From Acidobacteriota bacterium (GTDB taxonomy: Bacteria; Acidobacteriota; UBA6911; RPQK01; CBDAPI01), in the NCBI GenBank assembly GCA_965249245.1, contig CBDFLV010000003.1:87517-151516 (forward strand): a stretch of 64,000 nt of DNA. The letters are read 5' to 3'. Below, one piece after another: positions 9,524-18,391 of this stretch (the stretch's first letter is position 1; the number at the start of each line of letters is the position of its first letter). Under the pieces are notes generated by a model, which searched no databases, was not told the DNA's origin, and saw only the letters and a list, made by a program, of their open reading frames with translations. Made by a program: the position numbers and the translations under genes.

Positions 9524-10747
9524 TTGGCAGAAGGAGAGATCGCGACCGGAAAAAGAGTCGAAATGCTCCCATTGAAACTTCGCTCCTTGCAGATTCCCTT
9601 CGTGGGATTCGCCCTCTGGATTTTTGCCACAACTATCGTACCAACCTCCGCGGTCGAGGTCAGTGACGAGGAATTTCAGCAGCTCTCACTCGATCTGAGT
9701 GAACCTCCCGGGTATTTCGGAACCGACAATCTGGTGTCGAACGAAACGTCTTTTCTGCACGTGAACCGGCAGCTGGTCCAGGTGACACCCCGGGGTCAGG
9801 TTTACCTGGGGGCGGGTCCAAGCCAGAATTTTACCTATATCGCGAAAATCAGACCGTCGTTAGCATTCATTCTCGATTTGCGGCGGGACAATCTGCTGTA
9901 CCACCTTCTCTTCAAGTCATTGTTCCTCGTGGCTGAGGACCGATGGGAGTTCTTGTCCTTCCTTTTTTCCAAGAGCCTGTCTTTCGGAGAGGAAAGAAGC
10001 CCGCAGGCCACAGTCGTGGATCTGGTGAACGGGCTCCGCTACCGTGAGGCTGACTGGGCTGCCTTCTCGGCTCGAATTGAGAAGGTCTCTGATCTTCTGA
10101 TGGAGCGCTATCCCAGGTTACTGGATGAAAGCGATCGCGCCCGGATTCACTCGATCGCGGCCAAGTTTGTGCGAGACGGATTCGAGATTCGGTACGAGAT
10201 TCCGGGACGTCCGATGCTCAGTTTTTTTCCAAGCTACGCTGACCTCATGCTCGAGACCGACCCGCAGGGTGAACACCAGCACTACCTGAACAGTGAGTCC
10301 GAATTTCAGTTCATTAAGAGGATGCACAGAGAGAATCGAATCATTCCAGTGATGGGGAACTTTGGAGGCAGAAAGGCTCTGGCAGCGATTGGCGAGGAGA
10401 TCAAGCGGAGAGAACTCACCGTTTCGGCATTCTATTTGTCCAACGTGGAGTTCTATCTGTTCCGAAGCCGGGTTTTCCGGCAGTTTGTCGAGAACGTACG
10501 TGCACTTCCGATTGACCGAAGAAGCCTCTTTATCCGGAGTTATTTCAATAACTGGTTCGGAACCTGGCGAGCTCATCCACATTCTGTTCCCAACTATTTT
10601 TCCACCTCATTGACCCAGCACATTGAACGGTTCATCGAACTGGATCGCCGGGCCCGGTATCAGAACTATTGGGATCTGGTAACAAGGGATTATCTGGGCG
10701 CCCCGGCACAGCCGGTCACCAGCGATTTGGGGCTGCCGCCAAACTAG
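9524..10747 (+). CDS. hypothetical membrane-anchored protein
   Basis: 407 aa with an N-terminal TM/signal anchor (LQIPFVGFALWIFATTIV); no recognisable catalytic motif. The start could be Met15 (9566). Confidence 0.45.
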   Translation: MAEGEIATGKRVEMLPLKLRSLQIPFVGFALWIFATTIVPTSAVEVSDEEFQQLSLDLSEPPGYFGTDNLVSNETSFLHVNRQLVQVTPRGQVYLGAGPSQNFTYIAKIRPSLAFILDLRRDNLLYHLLFKSLFLVAEDRWEFLSFLFSKSLSFGEERSPQATVVDLVNGLRYREADWAAFSARIEKVSDLLMERYPRLLDESDRARIHSIAAKFVRDGFEIRYEIPGRPMLSFFPSYADLMLETDPQGEHQHYLNSESEFQFIKRMHRENRIIPVMGNFGGRKALAAIGEEIKRRELTVSAFYLSNVEFYLFRSRVFRQFVENVRALPIDRRSLFIRSYFNNWFGTWRAHPHSVPNYFSTSLTQHIERFIELDRRARYQNYWDLVTRDYLGAPAQPVTSDLGLPPN

Positions 10748-10800
10748 ATGGGGGAGGGAGAGGTAGGCCGGTAACCAGTAACGTCGCGAGGAACGAGCGA

Positions 10801-11082
10801 CTATCTCCCCCCCGCCACGATCACCTTAACCCGCGTGCCGGCCGGCAATCTTTCATCCGTGGACAGCCGATTGAGCCTGGCCAGCTCTCCCGGCCCCGCT
10901 TCGGGGTGCGGAAAGAGCCTGGAAATGTCACCCAGGGTGCCCCCCCGCAGAACCTGGTAGGTCGAGACGTGATCCGGTTGCACTCCCAGAATCCGCGAGT
11001 CCCGAAGCTCCCGAAAACTGGTCGCAAGCTTCTCCAGCGGCTGCGAGTACTGCGAAAACGATGCCTCCGGGGCCATCCCCAC
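10801..11082 (-). CDS. small LysM-domain protein
   Basis: C-terminal LysM-like motif YQVLRGGTLGDISRLF...LNRL...PAGTRVKV; GTG/ATG start; no signal peptide. Confidence 0.4.
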   Translation of the reverse strand: MGMAPEASFSQYSQPLEKLATSFRELRDSRILGVQPDHVSTYQVLRGGTLGDISRLFPHPEAGPGELARLNRLSTDERLPAGTRVKVIVAGGR

Positions 11083-11272
11083 CAGTTAGTAAAGAAGGTC
11101 CCCATAGTCGATGAAAGAGGCCAGGGCGCCGAGCACCTGACCGTTTTCTGGACTCCGTATCCGGTAGCGCCCCAAGAATGCCGGCAGGCCGTTGATTCTC
11201 ATAACCGGCTGATCGAGATCCGGGAAGTATCCAGGTGACCGGTGTCAGAACGGGTCTTCCCCCGCTTCGCTA

Positions 11273-11296
11273 CGAAAACTTATGAATAATCCGGGC
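11273..11296. repeat. terminal fragment of MITE-A (CGAAAACTTATGAATAATCCGGGC)
   Basis: Matches the MITE-A right terminal inverted repeat with 2 mismatches. Confidence 0.4.
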
Positions 11297-11498
11297 AAGG
11301 CGCCTCCCACACTCTTGACCCCGGAACACCTCACGGCTTCCGCACCGTTTCCTTGACACCAGTACAACACCAACGTTCCAACGTTTCTTAGATCACAACA
11401 GGAGGGTGAAGCGTGAGTTCAGCGCTTGAAACGGAGCCCCGACAGTGAGGGAGGGGAGATCCGTGTTCTTCTCCGGTCGCTCACGCTCCCGGCAAGGA

Positions 11499-12464
11499 TT
11501 AACCCACGGGCTTGGTCTCATACATTCCCTGAATGGTTCGACCGTCTTCGCGAACCTTCGAAATCAGCTGGGGAGGACTGATGGGCTGCGCGTGCGGGGC
11601 ATAACTGAGAATCAGTCGGGAAGGGTATTCGAGAGTGTCGCACTTCAGAGTGAGAACAACGGACCCTTCGGGTTCCTGGACCGCCGCTTTCCCCCAGGTC
11701 TCCAGGATCCAGGGAGCAACCGCCGAACCAAAACGGATCATCACTTCGTTCTCTCCGCTCTGACGGTGAAACTGTTCTCGATAGCGGGCCACATCAAGAT
11801 CCTTGGGTCCGGGAAAGCTTTCATCGAGCTTGGTCACGGAGAGGATTCGCTCGAATTTAAAAGTCCGAATGTCCTCGCGCAGTTCACAGTGACCGGTCAA
11901 GTACCAGTAGCCGAGACTCTTGGTCAGGAAATAGGGACGAACGGTTCGCTGCCGCTGTTGATTTCGGGTCAGAGAGTAATAATCGAGTCTCACTTTCTGG
12001 CTCTTTTCGACCGCTGATCTAAGCGTGGAGAACTGTTCGGACACGGGCGCTGAAGTCTGCTCGAACACGATCGGATCCCGGTTGGGTTCCGCCGGATCAA
12101 GAGAAGCCTCGATCGCATCCCTGATCTTCTTCTTCAAGGACGAAACCGTTTGTGGGTCTACTTCGGAATCCAGTATGTGAATTGCCATCAGCAGTGCGAT
12201 CGCCTCCGGACGAGTGAAGCGAAGAGGTCGATTCAACATCTGATCAAACTCGATGAACACCCTGTTCTCATCGACGTAAATGTCGACATAGTCATCGGGC
12301 TGAAACGGGGGCTTTCCGATCAGAAGTATGAAGTCCAGTTCCTTCAGCAGTTCTCGGGGCTTGAGGGTCACCTGCTCGGCTAGCTTTTCGACCGTGATGC
12401 CCTGGTTCTGCGAGACGAAGCTCATGATAAACAGAATACGGTTGATTCGGTCGGTTACGTTCAT
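11499..12464 (-). CDS. HTH-WYL domain transcriptional regulator (PafC/PafB-like)
   Basis: 321 aa with an N-terminal wHTH (GITVEKLAEQVTLKPRELLKELD), central WYL-like and C-terminal extension. 4-bp overlap with the upstream paralog. Confidence 0.7.
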   Translation of the reverse strand: MNVTDRINRILFIMSFVSQNQGITVEKLAEQVTLKPRELLKELDFILLIGKPPFQPDDYVDIYVDENRVFIEFDQMLNRPLRFTRPEAIALLMAIHILDSEVDPQTVSSLKKKIRDAIEASLDPAEPNRDPIVFEQTSAPVSEQFSTLRSAVEKSQKVRLDYYSLTRNQQRQRTVRPYFLTKSLGYWYLTGHCELREDIRTFKFERILSVTKLDESFPGPKDLDVARYREQFHRQSGENEVMIRFGSAVAPWILETWGKAAVQEPEGSVVLTLKCDTLEYPSRLILSYAPHAQPISPPQLISKVREDGRTIQGMYETKPVG

Positions 12465-13546
12465 ATCAGGGGCTCGAGCGCCTTCCGCAGATCCTCTTGT
12501 ATCTGGTCTGGCTCGAGGACCCGAGCGTCGGTCTTCTGGGAAAGCAGCCAGGAAACCAGGCCGCCACGGTTCGAAACCCGCAATTGGAAAACATCCCCCG
12601 ACAGTTGCTTTGCCGAGGCCAGCTGGGGTCGAAGTTCGGGGACCCGATGAGGGGTGATTCTGATTCTCACATCGATCGGTTCGTGAAAGTCGTACTCCCA
12701 GGGCTGCTGATTCAGGAAATGCTGGAGCGAAAAACTCTCTAAAATCTCATAGTCCGGTGTGCCCGGGCGGCGAGGATTCACTCCCAGTTTCTGAATGCGG
12801 GTGACCACAAAAGAGCGAATGTCTTCGCGCACGTGATCCCACCCGATCAGCGTCCAGTTGCCCTTGCGGAAGATGAGGCCGTACGGGTCAACAAGACGTT
12901 CCGAAGTCTGGCCTGTAGTAAAGGCATAGTATATGAATCGAACCCATTTTCGCCGTTCCAGGGCGTCTTGAATCCGGGGCAACCATGGACACCTGGACCC
13001 ATTTCCGGTTTCCTTCCCCTGGTAGGTGATCTTAATCTGACTGGGCGGTGGATCTGAGGATTGCTGCAGGGAGATGATTTTGTGGAGAGAGGTTTCCAGT
13101 TGCTCTCGATAAGGAAAGCTCTCGTTCTCGAGTACTGCCGAAGCAGAGAGCATGAGAAGAGAAAACTCCTGGGGCGAGAAATGAATCTCGGGGAGAAACA
13201 GACGTTCCTTCTGAATGACGTATCCCTCTTTCTTGATCTCGGATCCGTTCTGGTAGTCAATCGGAATCCCGAGAGCAATCAATTCGGCCTTGTCTCTCTC
13301 AAATTTGCGCTGGTTGGATTCTTCGACTCCTCTGGCATAGTCGTCAGGAAAATGGTTCTTGATTTCCTGCCAGGAAACCGGCTCCTGAGCGTTGAGTAAA
13401 TAGGTGATCAGATCGAGGAGTCTTTCGGTGCGATTCAACCAGTGTAGTTTATGGGAAGTCGTCGTCTCAGAGCAACCAGATAACCCCGCTATTCTCGGGT
13501 TTTGAGTAGCGGGGTTAGCCGTACCGAGTCCATCTTTCATCATCAA
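12461..13546 (-). CDS. HTH-WYL domain transcriptional regulator (PafB/PafC-like), paralog of the downstream gene
   Basis: 361 aa; wHTH (LLDLITYLLNAQEPVSWQEIKNHF) plus WYL-type core. Operonic with 11499-12464. Confidence 0.7.
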   Translation of the reverse strand: MMMKDGLGTANPATQNPRIAGLSGCSETTTSHKLHWLNRTERLLDLITYLLNAQEPVSWQEIKNHFPDDYARGVEESNQRKFERDKAELIALGIPIDYQNGSEIKKEGYVIQKERLFLPEIHFSPQEFSLLMLSASAVLENESFPYREQLETSLHKIISLQQSSDPPPSQIKITYQGKETGNGSRCPWLPRIQDALERRKWVRFIYYAFTTGQTSERLVDPYGLIFRKGNWTLIGWDHVREDIRSFVVTRIQKLGVNPRRPGTPDYEILESFSLQHFLNQQPWEYDFHEPIDVRIRITPHRVPELRPQLASAKQLSGDVFQLRVSNRGGLVSWLLSQKTDARVLEPDQIQEDLRKALEPLI

Positions 13547-13678
13547 CGGGGAGTTGAGATACTCCCGTTCTGGTTGTCTCGGGATCGCCGCTTCGCCACC
13601 TGTTGCCCGCTCGTTGCCATTGCGCCGCTACCTGCTGGGCGACTGGACCGATCCTTTCCGAGACCTCCACTCGCGATC

Positions 13679-13753
13679 GTAGGGGCGACCCTCGTGGTCG
13701 CCCGCCAAGCGGGCCGGCACAAGACCGGCCCCTACGGTCGCCGCCACAAGCGG
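13679..13753. promoter_or_regulatory. paired GC-rich hairpins (GGGCGACC-ctcgt-GGTCGCCC and GGGCCGG-cacaaga-CCGGCCC) plus 17-bp direct repeats GGTCGCC(C)GCCA(C)AAGCGG in the divergent promoter between the WYL operon and ferredoxin
   Basis: Perfect 8-bp and 7-bp stems read from the sequence. Direct repeats at 13697-13713 and 13736-13753. Confidence 0.3.
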
Positions 13754-13930
13754 ATGAAACTGATACGGGAATCGCAGAACTCAATTCACGAACCGACAGG
13801 CCGAAGCTGAGGCCCTGCGTCTCTCGTTCCTTGAGTACACTGCTCGCGGGGCTAGGGCGACTGAGAAAAACCTTGACCGAATTGTCAGAATCGTCTTAAT
13901 TGATAGTGCCTCTTACCCGGGAGTTGGCGA

Positions 13931-14194
13931 ATGACCTTTGTGATAGCGGAACCTTGCATCGGCACCAAGGATACTGCCTGCGTTGATGCTTGCCCGGTGG
14001 ATTGTATCCATCCTAGAGCTGACGAAGCTGAGTTTGATGCTGCCGCCCAGCTCTACATAGATCCCGTGGAGTGCATCGACTGCGGAGCGTGCGTTCCGGA
14101 GTGCCCGGTGGAGGCGATTTTCCCGGAAGACGAGGTGCCCGAGGAGTGGTTGGAGTACACCAAGATCAACGCGGACCACTTCGAAAAGGATTGA
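13931..14194 (+). CDS. fdxA: 7Fe ferredoxin (3Fe-4S + 4Fe-4S, FdxA-type)
   Basis: 87 aa; CIGTKDTACVDACPVDCI and CIDCGACVPECP cysteine clusters. Confidence 0.85.
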   Translation: MTFVIAEPCIGTKDTACVDACPVDCIHPRADEAEFDAAAQLYIDPVECIDCGACVPECPVEAIFPEDEVPEEWLEYTKINADHFEKD

Positions 14195-14271
14195 GGACAC
14201 GCGGAGATTATTCGTGCCTCCGGCGGCCTGTTGGCCGCTGCGCAGTCACTGTCGTTGCTGCCTCTCTGTAG

Positions 14272-14480
14272 CTTCCTTGTTCGGACCACGGAGGGTCCTC
14301 CCACACTGACCTCTGCAGTTTCCTTGTTCGGAGTTAGGACCACGGAGGGTCCTCCCACACTGAGGCAGACGGGCCGCTGCAAGCCGGCAAAGAGTGGGAG
14401 CGGCCTCTGCGCCGCGAACCCGTTCGGACGCTTCCTTGGTTGGTAATGTTCCTTGCGGCTTCCGGGCCGGTCTCGGAGAT
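14272..14480. repeat. dispersed repeat locus with two copies of the core GGACCACGGAGGGTCCTCCCACACTG plus a GAGTGGGAGCGGCCTCTGCGCCGCG module, related to the 44961-45510 array
   Basis: Core at 14284-14309 and 14336-14361. The TTCCTTG motif recurs four times. Lies in a convergent intergenic region. Confidence 0.6.
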
Positions 14481-14564
14481 CGTCTGTCCCCTGTCCCGTC
14501 GCCGAGCAGGCAGAGGCGCGCACATCAACGAGCGCGCCATGTTGAACGGCGGAACGTGGAGTCC

Positions 14565-15902
14565 CTAGTTCCCCGTTGCGTAGCTCGACAGCTGCAGACC
14601 ACCCAGGGTGCCTGTAAAGCCGCCTGCCGCCTCGGCTGGAAAGATCTGGTCGACAAACTGGGCAGCATGTTCACCAGCTTCCATCACCGCCCCTACGGCG
14701 GCCATCTGGGCTCCGTCACTGTCCAGAAGCGCATAGGTCACGGTGTTCTGGACGCCCGCCGTGTTGACCACAGCAACACCTGTGTTCAGTGCGGATGCTA
14801 GTCCGGTCACGGTAGAGAACATGGCGATAGCCGGCCGCACTTCGACATAAATGTTGGCCAGGCCGGTGCTCGAAGAGCTCGCAACTCCAGCTTCCGACAC
14901 GATCTCCCCCATCTCATCCGAGAAGGTGAAGATCGCGCTCCCCGTCAGCGGGCCGTCGGAAACGACCACAGCGTAACCCGCCGCCGCCGCGGGCGAAGAG
15001 CCGTCGGTCTGGATGGCCGCAGCGGAGTGGGCGGGGACCAGCAGGGGAACCTCGGAAAGAGACGCACCATCCACCGGTAGACTCAGGGGATTGCCGGACG
15101 AGTCAAAGAAAAAGACGGCCGCGATGACTTCTATATCGGTAGAGTTGTTGGCCGTCAGCAAAGTATTCTGCCCGCTGCCGTCCGCGATCTGGGCAAAGAA
15201 GATCAGGTAAGCGATCTCATAGACCTCGACAGAGTTCTCGAGCAGCACAAAGAGCTCTCCTTCCGAGGCTGAGAGCCCTCTCACCCCTGCCTTCGGAATA
15301 CTGTCGACCAGCGCTCCGGAGAATGCATCCCGCACTCGAATGTGACCCATGTCCTGGTTGTAGTACCAGACCAGATTATTGGCGATGAGTCCGTAATCGA
15401 TACCGCTGCCGGGATCCTCTGCACTCCAGACCATAGAGCCATCCGACGCATTGTGCGCGGCTACGCCACCGCTCGGACCATTTCCAGCCGGCGCCGGTCC
15501 TGCGGCTCCGCCCGGTGAAGTGAACAGGTAGATGTTGTCATAGGCCAGGGCCATGGCCGGGGTCTCAGAGAGGGTTCCCGGCAAAGCGCCCCAGACCAGG
15601 TCACCCGTTTCCGTATCCAGTGCCCCTACTGTCCCGCTGCCGTTGCTATTTATGAAAACATAATCTTCCGTAGCGATGATGTTGGGATTCGGGGAACCCC
15701 CCACGGCTACGGTCCAGTTGGGGGAGCCGTCCCGGGTCGAAACGGAGTTCAGGTTGCCGGCCAGGTCCTGGTAATAGAGTCGCTCACCGTACACACTCAA
15801 GGGGGCTTCCGCCGTCGTGGTGGCAAAACGCCAAAAGGTACCGCCGGCCGCGCCGGATGGGATCGAAGACAATCCCCGGTGATTCGCCACCGCTAAGTAC
15901 AT
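14565..15902 (-). pseudogene. PQQ-like beta-propeller repeat protein, C-terminal portion; an IS630-family element lies immediately upstream
   Basis: 445 aa of Gly/Asp-rich propeller repeats with no signal peptide. A matching signal-peptide-bearing N-terminal piece lies beyond the IS (17123-17731). Confidence 0.5.
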
Positions 15903-15973
15903 AAGTTCTTAAATACACTAACGTATTATATCAGGCTGATTTGGCATTGTGGTAACCTGAAAGGAGTTCCACA

Positions 15974-16267
15974 GTGCCTCGACACAGCCCGTATAAGATC
16001 GTTCTATCGCCAGGTGAGGAAAGAGAACTATTGGCTCGTGCCCGAAAATATACGTTACCGTATTTTCAGGTACAGCGAGCCAAGATGATTCTCCTGGCAG
16101 CCCAGGGTTTGCGTAATGATGAGATCGCGAAACGTTTGGATACCCGTCGAGAGGTGGTATGTTTCTGGCGAAAGCGCTTTTTCGAAAAAAGCCTGATGGG
16201 TCTGGAGGAGAACTCTCGGCCGGGTCGCCCCCGGTCTTTTCCCCCCAGAGGTAGTGGTCGAGGTTAA
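15974..16267 (+). CDS. IS630-family transposase, N-terminal HTH part (orfA)
   Basis: HTH region; overlaps orfB by 14 nt as in frameshift-dependent IS630 transposases. Confidence 0.8.
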   Translation: MPRHSPYKIVLSPGEERELLARARKYTLPYFQVQRAKMILLAAQGLRNDEIAKRLDTRREVVCFWRKRFFEKSLMGLEENSRPGRPRSFPPRGSGRG

Positions 16268-17102
16268 AGCCTTGGCCTGTGAGTTGCCCGCCACCTTCGG
16301 ATTGCCCATCTCGCGATGGAGCAGCGCCGATCTGGCCGCCCAAGTGCGCCAGTCCGGGTTGGTCGCCAGCATCAGCAGGACCACCGTCTGGCGCTGGCTC
16401 CATGAGGACGCCATCCGCCCTTGGCAGCATCGCTGCTGGGTTTTCCCTCGAGACCCCCATTTCGCCGAAAAAGCGGGGCGTATCCTCGACTTGTATGAGA
16501 GAGTGTGGCTGGGGCATCCCCTGAAAGACGGTGAATTCGTCCTCTCCGCCGACGAAAAAACCAGCATCCAGGCACGCCGCCGTCGGCATCGAACCCTCCC
16601 CCCTCAACCCGGCGTCGCGATGAAGGTGGAACATGAATACACGCGCTGCGGCGCTTGGGCTTATTTGGCAGCACTGGATGTGCATCGGGCCAAGCTCTTC
16701 GGTCGCTGTGAACGAAAAAATGGGATTGCTCCTTTTGGCCGCTTGGTCGATCAAGTCATGACCCAGACTCCCTATAAAGAAGCCCGAAGAGTCTTCTGGA
16801 TTTTGGACAATGGATCGGCTCACCGGGGAGCCCGCTGCATCCGCCGGCTTCAAAGCAAATATCCTCGAATCGTCCCCGTCCACGGACCCGTCCATGCGAG
16901 TTGGTTGAACCAGATCGAGATCTATTTCTCCATTGTCCAGCGCAAAGTTCTTACCCCGAACGACTTCCTTTCCCTGCAGGCCCTCGAAGAACGGCTTCTG
17001 GGCTTTCAACAGCATTACGCCACCATTGCTAAGCCTTTTAAGTGGAAATTTACTCGTCACGACCTGAACAAGCTCATGAACAAACTGAAAGCCGCCGCCT
17101 AA
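16254..17102 (+). CDS. IS630-family transposase, DDE catalytic part (orfB)
   Basis: DDE_3-like region (ADEKTSIQARRRRHR...WILDNGSAH...). Reading continues into the right IR. Confidence 0.8.
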   Translation: MVEVKALACELPATFGLPISRWSSADLAAQVRQSGLVASISRTTVWRWLHEDAIRPWQHRCWVFPRDPHFAEKAGRILDLYERVWLGHPLKDGEFVLSADEKTSIQARRRRHRTLPPQPGVAMKVEHEYTRCGAWAYLAALDVHRAKLFGRCERKNGIAPFGRLVDQVMTQTPYKEARRVFWILDNGSAHRGARCIRRLQSKYPRIVPVHGPVHASWLNQIEIYFSIVQRKVLTPNDFLSLQALEERLLGFQQHYATIAKPFKWKFTRHDLNKLMNKLKAAA

Positions 17103-17122
17103 AAATACGTTAGTGTATTTAT

Positions 17123-17731
17123 GAACCAGAGTACTAAGTCTGACGGTCCGTTCATCGGGTCTACGGCCACAACGTACTTCTCCCCGGCGTAGAAGGCGAC
17201 GCCGGCCGTGTTCACCGGATACCGGCCTCTGGCGGCTCCCACCATCTCGTCCTCCCAGAGTGTCTCGCCTGGTACCGGGCCCGTTCCTGCCAGCGCATCA
17301 CGCGTTCCCGTGTAGACCCCTCTCACCGTGGTAGTTGCCGGTCCGCCGAGAATCACAACGCCGTGAGCGTAGGCCGGCACGTAGTTCAGGTCCGCTTCCG
17401 GAGCCCCGCCCATCGTGTTCTGCCAGTCCATCGTCCCTGTGGCCGCGTCAATCTGGGTGTAGATGGCAGAGGCTCCGTCGTTCTCTCCAACCAGAAGCTT
17501 TTGGGAGCCGTTGTTGTTGTAAACGATCAGAGACTCGGCGGATCCTACACCTGGCAAGGCGATCGGCGATCGGGGGCTCATGCTGAGCGGGGGACGCAGA
17601 TTGCCGGCCTGCGAGTGCAAGTAGCTCCGAGAACTTGTATAGCCAGCAGTTGTGTGACTCCCGCCAGCCCAGACAAGAATCGGAATTACAATGGAAATGA
17701 GAGCGAACAGCACGAGTGTTCTTGGCTTCAT
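17123..17731 (-). pseudogene. PQQ-like beta-propeller protein, N-terminal portion with signal peptide; the IS630-family element lies immediately downstream
   Basis: Signal peptide MKPRTLVLFALISIVIPILVWAGG followed by propeller repeats. The reading frame runs into the IS inverted repeat (the FINTLTYF* tail is IS-encoded). Confidence 0.5.
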
Positions 17732-18340
17732 GTGGGGTCTCCTATATCTTGCACGTCTAACCAGCACCGCAATCCGGGACACAATAACATGTAAAAACAC
17801 CAGAACTCTAAGCGTGCGCGCCAGGGGTCAGCTTAATACACCCCCCGTCATTCCTCGAACAAAGGAGATCGGGGCAACGGTGCCATCCGTCTGGGAAGGA
17901 GCAGCCCCCGAGTGGCATCGTGACGTATGAAAAGCTGGCGGGCTCCCAGCTCCTTTTCAAAAGCATCACTCTGTCTCTCGGGGACTACCCTAATCATCAA
18001 CTCCGCCAGCCCGATTGTCAAGTACCTGCAAGCCTTTTTGTTTCAACAACTTACGATATGACATTTACACATATTATTCACAGTATTTCCACAGAGTTTC
18101 TCAGTTTCGCCGCACACACCCCGGTGAGACCAACTGACCTGATCCTGCCCGTGATCTTTCTCAACCAGCGCCATTATCGGCCCAAGGACCTGAGCCCCCG
18201 GTGACAACCGTCACACTCCCCGGTCTCGGTTGCTGCTTGCTGGCTACTGGTTTCTAGTACCAAAAGGAAGGGCACTCAGGGCCGCGACTTCGGTTCTCTC
18301 GATCGCCGCACCGAGGCGCCTCCCACGCTGGCGTTCCGCG

Positions 18341-18390
18341 AACCTTCAACTTTCAACCTTCAACTTTCAATCTTCAACCAGTAACCAACC
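18341..18390. repeat. TTCAACYTT 9-mer microrepeat tract
   Basis: aaccttcaactttcaaccttcaactttcaatcttcaacc, directly downstream of the response-regulator stop. Confidence 0.5.
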
Positions 18391-18391
18391 C

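Larger units (their letters stand above)
15912..17119 (+). mobile_element. IS630-family insertion sequence (1208 bp) with perfect 16-bp terminal inverted repeats AATACACTAACGTATT and flanking TA (15910-15911, 17120-17121)
   Basis: Inverted repeats and TA duplication read directly. Carries a two-ORF transposase. Confidence 0.85.

Noticed and set aside
18230-18270. Sigma-54 promoter (TGGCAC-N5-TTGC) near the NtrC-type regulator
   Set aside because: Only a weak TGGCTA-N5-TTCTA resemblance, located downstream of the regulator gene. No convincing -24/-12 element was found by eye.
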